Source: Acidimicrobiia bacterium (GTDB taxonomy: Bacteria > Actinomycetota > Acidimicrobiia > IMCC26256 > PALSA-555). From it: a stretch of DNA of 54,951 nucleotides. Below the pieces are notes generated by a model. That model worked only from the letters and a program-made list of their open reading frames with translations, searched no databases and had not been told where the DNA came from. This document shows positions 48,584 through 54,951 of the stretch, one piece after another (the first letter of the stretch is position 1; each line of letters opens with the position of its first letter). Position numbers and translations under genes: made by a program. The stretch is taken from the NCBI GenBank assembly GCA_009694435.1, contig SHUY01000003.1, forward strand, positions 1 through 54,951, read 5' to 3'.

Positions 48584-49968
48584 CTTCTATCCCCGAATCC
48601 ACCGTATCGAGTGTTGATGCTCCACCAATTCCCGAATCGCTTCTTGGGCCACTGCTCGACGCGGCGGCCGACTCGTTCGGAAGTTTTTCTTCCGAATTGC
48701 CGGCAGTGCTGCGCCCGTTGATCGGTTTTGATCGCCGAGGGCTTTCTCACGGGCCGGCTCGAGTTCAATTGCAACGTGCGATTGAAATCGATCCCGCTTT
48801 CCGGGACTACGTTTGTGAAGTATTTATTAGTCGTGAGGCCACCATTCAGGCGCTTGCGGATTGGGATATCGAGTCGGGCTTAGAAGTTATTACTGATGCC
48901 GCTCAGCGATCCGATTTGGCGCTCTTGGCGTCAGCTCTTTACGCGGCTCGTCCATCTGGGTGGGAGTTCGGTCTGGGCTTAATTGTCGCCCAAGCCGATC
49001 AGGTTCGCTCTGACGATGAGCGAGCCGATGACGCCAAGGCGAGACAAACTGAGATCGACGCTCTTATCGAAGCCCGTCGCCGCGCGGAGGACTCTCGGGC
49101 AGAGGCAGAAAACAAAGCCAAAAATCTTGAAGATCAGTTAAAAGAAGAACGACGATCGCGCCGCGAGCGTGAATTGGTGGCCGAGCGCACGGTTTCCCTG
49201 GCCAACAAGAAAGACCAAGCGGCCCTTGCGGCTATCGCGGCGGCAGAAGCATCGGTCAGTAAGGCCGAATCTTTAACTGCTCGTGAGGCCGATCGCGCCC
49301 GAGCCGCGGAGTCGGCCCTGCGAGACTTGCGGCGCGAGTCGGGTGAATCGGTGGCCCCATCGCCCCCACTTTCTTCTGATGACTTACACGTCTTGACTCA
49401 AGCTGCCAACACTGCTCGCCAGTTGGCCACTCGGCTTGAAGGGGTAGTCACCACTACTCAGGTAGTGGCAAGAACCGTGGCCACCAACCCAGCCGATGGG
49501 TCAGTCAAGGCCACCAAGAAACGCATTCCTCCTACTTGTCCGCCCGGTTTAGTCGCTGATTCTCCCGACGCCCTCGACGCCATGTTACGCACGCGCGGAA
49601 TCTATTTAGTTGTTGATGGCTACAACATCTCTATGACCGCATGGCCGGAGGCTCGCATCTCTGACCAACGAGAGCGTTTACTCGTTGCTCTTGATCGACT
49701 CCACCAACGACTGCGCTGTGATGTGGTGGTGGTCTTCGATGGTTCTGATGCCGCGGCCACCGTTCCCGCCAAGCGGCCTGGGGTTCGAGTTATTTTTTCG
49801 ACGGGAGGAGAAAAGGCCGACCCAGTGGTGGTGCGAGAGGTAGATCAATTGCCGGCCAATACCTCGGTAATTGTGGCTTCATCAGACCGTTGGGTGGCCG
49901 AACACTCCGAAGACCTCGGCGCCTTAGCTGTTTCCGCCTCTTCGTTGGTTGAGGTTCTGCGTCGATAG
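48580..49968 (+). CDS. Coiled-coil + C-terminal NYN (YacP/Rae1-like PIN-fold) nuclease domain protein
   Basis: LVVDGYN, VVVFDG, EKADPV and VASSD acidic motifs; long charged helical segment. Confidence 0.88.
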   Translation: MTSIPESTVSSVDAPPIPESLLGPLLDAAADSFGSFSSELPAVLRPLIGFDRRGLSHGPARVQLQRAIEIDPAFRDYVCEVFISREATIQALADWDIESGLEVITDAAQRSDLALLASALYAARPSGWEFGLGLIVAQADQVRSDDERADDAKARQTEIDALIEARRRAEDSRAEAENKAKNLEDQLKEERRSRRERELVAERTVSLANKKDQAALAAIAAAEASVSKAESLTAREADRARAAESALRDLRRESGESVAPSPPLSSDDLHVLTQAANTARQLATRLEGVVTTTQVVARTVATNPADGSVKATKKRIPPTCPPGLVADSPDALDAMLRTRGIYLVVDGYNISMTAWPEARISDQRERLLVALDRLHQRLRCDVVVVFDGSDAAATVPAKRPGVRVIFSTGGEKADPVVVREVDQLPANTSVIVASSDRWVAEHSEDLGALAVSASSLVEVLRR

Positions 49969-49979
49969 CAATTTAAAAC

Positions 49980-50025
49980 ATAGATAGAAGTCAATATTGA
50001 CAGCCATCTATAAATAAAGTATTAT
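49980..50025 (+). promoter_or_regulatory. ars promoter TTGACA-N17-TATTAT with inverted repeat (putative ArsR operator)
   Basis: ATAGAT-agaa-GTCAATATTGAC-agcc-ATCTAT at 49980-50011 overlaps the -35 (49997-50002). The -10 is at 50020-50025. Confidence 0.82.
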
Positions 50026-50031
50026 TTTTGC

Positions 50032-50391
50032 GTGGAGTCTTCGGCTAGGGTCGCGAAAACTACTAAAGCCTGCAGGGGTAAATCCTTGCCTGCGTCGCTC
50101 ACCGAGTCTCAGTCCACTGACCTAGCGAGCGCTTTTAAAGTTCTGGCCGACCCAATTCGAGTCCGCCTACTTAGTCTTATCGCCGCTTCCCCCGAAGGCG
50201 AAGTTTGCGCCTGTGATCTCGTCGATACCTTAAAACGCAGTCAACCGACTATTAGTCATCACCTTGGGGTGCTTTGTGACGCGGGTTTTCTTAGTCGAGA
50301 GCGACAAGGCACCTGGATTTGGTATTCAGTTGTACCTGAGCGTTGGGCACAACTGAGGGTGGCTTTTGATTCTGCCACCGCTCTTGTTTGA
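50032..50391 (+). CDS. arsR: ArsR/SmtB family repressor
   Basis: FKVLADPIRVRLL, EVCACDL, SQPTISHHL. Confidence 0.93.
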   Translation: MESSARVAKTTKACRGKSLPASLTESQSTDLASAFKVLADPIRVRLLSLIAASPEGEVCACDLVDTLKRSQPTISHHLGVLCDAGFLSRERQGTWIWYSVVPERWAQLRVAFDSATALV

Positions 50392-51080
50392 TGAGCCACA
50401 ATCACGTTCCTCTGGTACGGAGATTGATAGGTGAAGTCGTAGGTACGGCCTTGCTTTTAATCGCGGTAGTGGGCTCGGGGATTATGGCGCAAAAATTAAG
50501 TCCTAATGACGTAGGGCTTCAGTTACTTGAAAATGCTTTTGCTACCGGAGTGGCGTTAGTGGCCATCATCTTGGCCATTGGCCCCGTTTCGGGAGCTCAT
50601 TTGAATCCAGTAGTTACCGGAGCTGATCGATATTTTGGGGGCATCACTACTCGAGCCGCCGTGGCTTATTGCGGTGCGCAAACGTTGGGAGCGTTAGTTG
50701 GAGTAATGATCGCCAACTTGATGTTCGATTACTCAGCCCTAGAACTTTCTACCAAAGTCCGAACTGGTAGCAATCTGTTTTTGAGCGAAATCGTAGCCAC
50801 GATCGGATTACTTTTGGTAATTTTTGCTATTTCGCGTTCAGGTCGGAGTCGTTATGCAGCCTTTGCTGTGGGCGCGTATATAGCCGGTGCTTATTTTTTT
50901 ACTTCCTCAACTAGCTTTGCCAACCCTGCGGTAACCGTGGGTCGTATGTTCTCTGATACTTTCGCCGGCATCGATCCCAGCTCGGTTCCCGCGTTTATCG
51001 GCGCGCAACTACTCGGGATGGTGTTAGCGGTAGGCCTGGTAGTCGTTCTTTATCCTCATAAACACCCTGAGGAGGCGTGA
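50391..51080 (+). CDS. MIP/aquaglyceroporin (AqpS-like arsenite channel)
   Basis: SGAHLNPVV and STSFANPAVT motifs, between arsR and arsC. Confidence 0.9.
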   Translation: MSHNHVPLVRRLIGEVVGTALLLIAVVGSGIMAQKLSPNDVGLQLLENAFATGVALVAIILAIGPVSGAHLNPVVTGADRYFGGITTRAAVAYCGAQTLGALVGVMIANLMFDYSALELSTKVRTGSNLFLSEIVATIGLLLVIFAISRSGRSRYAAFAVGAYIAGAYFFTSSTSFANPAVTVGRMFSDTFAGIDPSSVPAFIGAQLLGMVLAVGLVVVLYPHKHPEEA

Positions 51081-51085
51081 CCGGA

Positions 51086-51490
51086 ATGGGCGAAAAACCT
51101 GTCGTCCTGTTTGTTTGCGTCCATAACGCTGGTCGCAGCCAGATGGCCGCCGCGTTCCTCGAGCAGTTGGCCAACCAACGGGTGCTAGTGGCTTCTGCGG
51201 GGAGTGACCCCGCGAGCCAACTAAATCCGGCGGTGATATCAGTAATGGCCGAAGAAGGCATTGATCTCACTAGCCGTTCCCCCGCGCGCCTTGACGCCCA
51301 GATGGTAAAGGCCGCCGATGTGGTGGTGACTATGGGCTGTGGCGATGCTTGCCCGATTTATCCATCGAAGCGTTATCTCGACTGGGCTTTAGCCGACCCC
51401 GCGGGCCAAGATCTTGCCTCGGTGCGGGTAATTCGTGATGAAATCAAGTCTCGGGTCGAAGCGCTGCTGGCCGAGATAACTCCCCCATAA
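51086..51490 (+). CDS. arsC: Arsenate reductase, LMW-PTP family
   Basis: FVCVHNAGRSQMA, MGCGDACP, DPAG. Start is ATG 51086 or GTG 51077. Confidence 0.93.
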   Translation: MGEKPVVLFVCVHNAGRSQMAAAFLEQLANQRVLVASAGSDPASQLNPAVISVMAEEGIDLTSRSPARLDAQMVKAADVVVTMGCGDACPIYPSKRYLDWALADPAGQDLASVRVIRDEIKSRVEALLAEITPP

Positions 51491-51519
51491 GCGTCACACC
51501 CGCATGCGATCCTCTGTTT

Positions 51520-51714
51520 ATGAGAATCAGTTGCGACGATTGTGTGGGTCAAGGCACCGATGCGTGTACCGATTGCGTGGTTACTTTCATTTGTAACCGT
51601 GAACCGGGCGATGCCTTAATCATTGATGCCGACGAAGAACGGGCAGTGCGAGCGTTGGCTCGAGCTGGTTTGGTTCCCGAGTTACGCCACCAAACCCGAG
51701 CGTTACCTAATTAG
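51520..51714 (+). CDS. Small Cys-rich hypothetical protein
   Basis: CDDC-x5-CTDC..., AGLVPELRH; fills the intergenic gap. Confidence 0.82.
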   Translation: MRISCDDCVGQGTDACTDCVVTFICNREPGDALIIDADEERAVRALARAGLVPELRHQTRALPN

Positions 51715-52904
51715 TTAGGTACTTCTGCCCGCAGAGCCGCCACGGTACTTTTTTCTTTACTGCGGTGAGCAAAAGGATCAAACCTATAGATCCGCATAGC
51801 GTTTTCATAAGTCATCTTGGCGATTTCACTATCGGGCACACCGTCAAGTTGTTTTGTAAGCATTTCGGGCGAGTTGGGCCAAGTTGAATCTGAGTGGGGG
51901 TAGTCGCATTCCCACGTAATGGCATCAATACCAACATCGTGCCGATCTTGGATGCCGATGCGGTCGCTAATAAAGCAGTAATTGAAGTGCTCGGCCGCTA
52001 CTTGGCTCGGCAATTTGTCCCCAAAGTCTTGACCCGTCCAGAAGTGATGCTGGTGATAGACGTAGTCAATGCGCTCTAGCCAATAAGGGATCCATCCAGT
52101 TCCCCCTTCAGATAAAGCAAATTGCAGATCAGGGAACTTACGCAGTACGGGCGACCACAACAAGTCAGTTGCTGCGTTCATGGTATTGAGTGGGGTGAGA
52201 GTAATCATCACATCTATTGGTGCGCCCGGGGCCATTTCGATCATCGTTGAAGAAGACCCAATGTGTAGAGCGATGATGGTCCCTTCGTCTTGGCACGCGG
52301 CGAAGAAAGGGTCCCAGTGATCACCAAAAATATGTGGCCATCCCAACTTAAAAGGATTTTCCGAAAAAGTAACTGCGTGGCAACCTTTTTTAGCCACTCG
52401 GCGAACTTCGTCGGCCATTAGTTGTGGATCCCAAATCGGGGGAATCGAAAGCGGGATAAAGCGACCGGGGTACGTTCCACACCATTCGTCAATGTGCCAG
52501 TCGTTGTAAGCCCGAAGTAATTGCAGGCTGGTGTCGAGGTCGGAAGATTTAGAAAATAGTTGCCCACAAAACTGCACGAAACTCGGAAAGCACATTGAAC
52601 CCAAAACTCCGTTCCGGTTCATGTCGAGTACTCGTTCGTGAATGTCGTAGCAACCTTTACGAATCATGTCGTAAGAGGTGGGCTCAATGTTGTATTCCTC
52701 GGGCGGCCGTCCGGCCACCGCGTTAAGACCAATGTTGGGGATCTCGTTGCCTTCAAAAACCCATACGTCGGTGCCGTCGTCCTTGCGAATACTGCGCGGC
52801 GCCGCATCTTTCCATTTAGCCGGCAAGTGATTGTCAAAGAGAGTGGAGGGCTCGACTACGTGGTCATCAACGCTGACGAGAATGAGATCTTCGGCTACCG
52901 CCAT
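51711..52904 (-). CDS. Amidohydrolase_2 family protein
   Basis: ISVDDH-like LVSVDDHVVEP, RAYNDW, LHIGS, SEGGTGW, WECDYPHSD; GAGGAGG RBS. Confidence 0.92.
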   Translation of the reverse strand: MAVAEDLILVSVDDHVVEPSTLFDNHLPAKWKDAAPRSIRKDDGTDVWVFEGNEIPNIGLNAVAGRPPEEYNIEPTSYDMIRKGCYDIHERVLDMNRNGVLGSMCFPSFVQFCGQLFSKSSDLDTSLQLLRAYNDWHIDEWCGTYPGRFIPLSIPPIWDPQLMADEVRRVAKKGCHAVTFSENPFKLGWPHIFGDHWDPFFAACQDEGTIIALHIGSSSTMIEMAPGAPIDVMITLTPLNTMNAATDLLWSPVLRKFPDLQFALSEGGTGWIPYWLERIDYVYHQHHFWTGQDFGDKLPSQVAAEHFNYCFISDRIGIQDRHDVGIDAITWECDYPHSDSTWPNSPEMLTKQLDGVPDSEIAKMTYENAMRIYRFDPFAHRSKEKSTVAALRAEVPN

Positions 52905-53025
52905 TTAAAGCCTCCTCTTATCGACTGGTCTCAACTGATTGGGCGCATCCACCTTTTAGGATGACATAAGCGTCAGACTAGTGAAGTTAGAGACTCCGTG
53001 GGGAAAACTTGAAAACAAGGAGAAA

Positions 53026-53553
53026 ATGATGATAGATAACGCCGACGCCGTCAATTTCGCTTTAGCCTTGGCTCACATCTGGCTGGGATTCATGATTTTC
53101 GCTCACGGCTGGAAACACGTCAAGGCGCTTAAATCTGGACCCGGTATGGCTCAGTGGTTCGAGAGCCTTGGTCTTCGCCCCGGAACTTTACACGCGCTTC
53201 TAGTGACACTCACCGAACTGGGCGTGGGGGTGGTGTTAATTCTCGGACTACTTACTCCCTTGGCTTACGGTGGGCTTTGTGCCCTGATGCTCGTGGCGGC
53301 AATAACAGCTCACGGCAAGAACGGTTTCTTTACTGACAGTCAGCCTCCGGGTTGGGAGTACCCCGGAACGATAGCGCTGCTTTCCATCGCGTTAGGCACG
53401 CTCGGTTCTGGGCAATGGTCGCTTGACCACGTTTTGAAACTCGAGTTTCCCTTTGACCCCCAAAAAGCGTTGGTGATAACGGCAGCATTAGGAATCCTTG
53501 GTGCGGCGTTGTTCTTGATTACTTTTTGGCGGCCGGCAAAGAAAGCGCCGTAA
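53026..53553 (+). CDS. DoxX family membrane protein
   Basis: LGFMIFAHGWKH, TELGVG.LILGLLTP, GWEY, GSGQWSLD; AGGAG RBS. Confidence 0.9.
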   Translation: MMIDNADAVNFALALAHIWLGFMIFAHGWKHVKALKSGPGMAQWFESLGLRPGTLHALLVTLTELGVGVVLILGLLTPLAYGGLCALMLVAAITAHGKNGFFTDSQPPGWEYPGTIALLSIALGTLGSGQWSLDHVLKLEFPFDPQKALVITAALGILGAALFLITFWRPAKKAP

Positions 53554-53586
53554 CGTTCCTTCGCCGACCGTAGCCAAAAATATTAA

Positions 53587-53973
53587 CTAGCCGAGTACGT
53601 TAGCTTTCGCCTTGGCGTACTCATCGTCGCTGAGTGTGCCGGCGGAGTGAAGCGTCTTGAGTTTCTCAAGTTCGTCGGCTGAGCTGTATCCCGCGGCGCC
53701 ACGCATTTGCTCACGGGCAACATCCATCTGCTTCTGGTTGCGCTCGGCCATACCGCGTCCATTGACGAGGATATAAATAAGCACACCAAACCACAGAGTG
53801 ATGATCACTATCGCGGCCCACAGCACCTTCATTCCTCCACCAATGTCGTGGCGACGGAAAAGGTCGTTAAACACGTTTACGAGTAGCCAGAACCAAACTA
53901 CGAACATGAAGATATACAACACGCCGAGCAAAAAATACCCGAACGTCCAGTCGGTGTCAGCAAAAAGCTCCAT
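53587..53973 (-). CDS. PLDc_N-like two-TM + SHOCT domain protein
   Basis: DLFRRHDIGGGMKVLW; C-terminal ADELEKLKTLHSAGTLSDDEYAKAK. Confidence 0.88.
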   Translation of the reverse strand: MELFADTDWTFGYFLLGVLYIFMFVVWFWLLVNVFNDLFRRHDIGGGMKVLWAAIVIITLWFGVLIYILVNGRGMAERNQKQMDVAREQMRGAAGYSSADELEKLKTLHSAGTLSDDEYAKAKANVLG

Positions 53974-53989
53974 CCTAGATTCCTTTCTC

Positions 53990-54017
53990 AGTTATTCCGT
54001 AGGCTTACGGAATAACT
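53990..54017. repeat. Perfect 12-bp inverted repeat AGTTATTCCGTA-ggct-TACGGAATAACT
   Basis: Directly visible between the ETF-alpha stop and the SHOCT gene RBS. Confidence 0.85.
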
Positions 54018-54949
54018 TAGGTTAGCCCTTGCCGACCGTCGTTGTTGCTACGGTCGAGGCCAATAGCCAGCAAGGGCACCACTTCTCGCCAGTCACCCAC
54101 TATTCCAATATCAGCCTGAGCAAATATTGGCGCCTGGGGGTCAATGTTTATGGCCAGAACAGTTTGCGCCTGGCGCACACCAACCACATGGTTGAACTTT
54201 CCGCTGGTTCCAACCGCCACGAATAATCGAGGGGCTATTGATCGACCGGTAATCCCGATTTGTCGAGAGCGAGGTAGCCAACCCGCATCGGTCACTTTTC
54301 GGGTAGCCGCAAGAGGAGCGTTTAGGGCTATTAGCAGTGAATCGAGGACGGGGTAGTCGCCCGGGTCGACCCCTTGACCAACCCCAACTACTGCTTTGGC
54401 GTCAGCGAGCACATTGAGATCGTCGTTGCGAGTTCGGGCCAGTACCTTGACTCGGCTCACGCGCGCAATATTCGATTGTTCGATAGGGGCTTCGTAGGCG
54501 CGCGGCGCTAGACACTCGATTACCCCACTGCGCACGGTGGCCATTTGGATTGGCGACGTGGTGGTGATGGCCGCCACGAGTTGACCACCAAATGCTGGTT
54601 TCCAGGCGACCAAGCGGCCGTTATCTACTTCGAGGGCTACGGCATCACTGGTTAGCCCCGCGTTGAGTCGCACTGCGGTACGGCCACTTACCTCTCGACC
54701 CCATGTAGTGCTGGGCGACAAAATCGCCCACGGATTTACCGATTTGCCCCACGCCGCCGCCGCTTTGGCTGCGTCTTGTTCGAGCACTCCGATTTTTTGC
54801 GAATCAAAATCTATAATCGAGTCCGCACCCCATGATCCGAGGGGAAGTTTTTCTCCACTGAAATCAAGTGCGATTACATCACCCTCAATCAGTCCACCCA
54901 AACCGGTAGCCGCGCTAAGTAATTCTTGGGTCAACTCAGCTCGATCGGG
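54017..54949 (-). CDS. Electron transfer flavoprotein alpha / FixB family domain (5' part beyond window edge)
   Basis: KPAFGG, VGVGQG, ATRKVTDAGW, QIGITG, GTSGKFNHVVG; frame is open to the window end. Confidence 0.9.
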   Translation of the reverse strand, partial: PDRAELTQELLSAATGLGGLIEGDVIALDFSGEKLPLGSWGADSIIDFDSQKIGVLEQDAAKAAAAWGKSVNPWAILSPSTTWGREVSGRTAVRLNAGLTSDAVALEVDNGRLVAWKPAFGGQLVAAITTTSPIQMATVRSGVIECLAPRAYEAPIEQSNIARVSRVKVLARTRNDDLNVLADAKAVVGVGQGVDPGDYPVLDSLLIALNAPLAATRKVTDAGWLPRSRQIGITGRSIAPRLFVAVGTSGKFNHVVGVRQAQTVLAINIDPQAPIFAQADIGIVGDWREVVPLLAIGLDRSNNDGRQGLT

Positions 54950-54951
54950 CT

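Noticed and set aside
1-54951. tRNA/rRNA genes, IS elements, prophage or classical defence systems
   Set aside because: By eye, no intergenic gap shows a cloverleaf, and no transposase, integrase, phage or restriction-modification motifs appear in the ORFs.

Overview
This is a 55-kb chromosomal core region of an actinobacterium. Gene order and protein style suggest class Acidimicrobiia, with GC that looks only moderate for the group (inference, not measured). The backbone is housekeeping: 'nusA-ylxR-infB-rbfA-nrnA-truB-ribF-rpsO-pnp-M16 peptidase-dapB, rnj, ftsK-rimO-pgsA-cinA, recA, miaB-miaA-dapF-hflX-dapC-dapD, lexA/LysM-nrdR-nrdJ, whiB-trpD. Small accessory blocks are interspersed: twin TetR + diiron ferritin-like protein, amidohydrolases, TauE, a sugar porter + two-subunit GMC dehydrogenase, an ars operon, DoxX, SHOCT and a partial ETF-alpha. 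I found no rRNA, tRNA, CRISPR or IS element. The most informative signals are non-coding. (i) There are six LexA boxes: one at recA, four at lexA/LysM, and one shared by a divergent DEDDh exonuclease and a Zn-ribbon + NYN nuclease operon. (ii) A recurring CATAA(G/C)CGTCA(C/G)A element sits in the position of the PafBC/RecA-independent damage promoter, upstream of recA, LysM, a 64-aa Cys-rich gene and doxX. (iii) NrdR, TetR and ArsR operators are visible, and about 14 genes look leaderless. (iv) Several deletion scars suggest ongoing gene erosion: a collapsed amidohydrolase, an internally deleted cation exchanger and a start-less gene tail. The best candidate for an uncharacterised system is the damage-regulated exonuclease / Zn-ribbon / NYN-RNase / Cys-rich cluster at 47.7-51.7 kb. 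Its novelty cannot be established without database searches.
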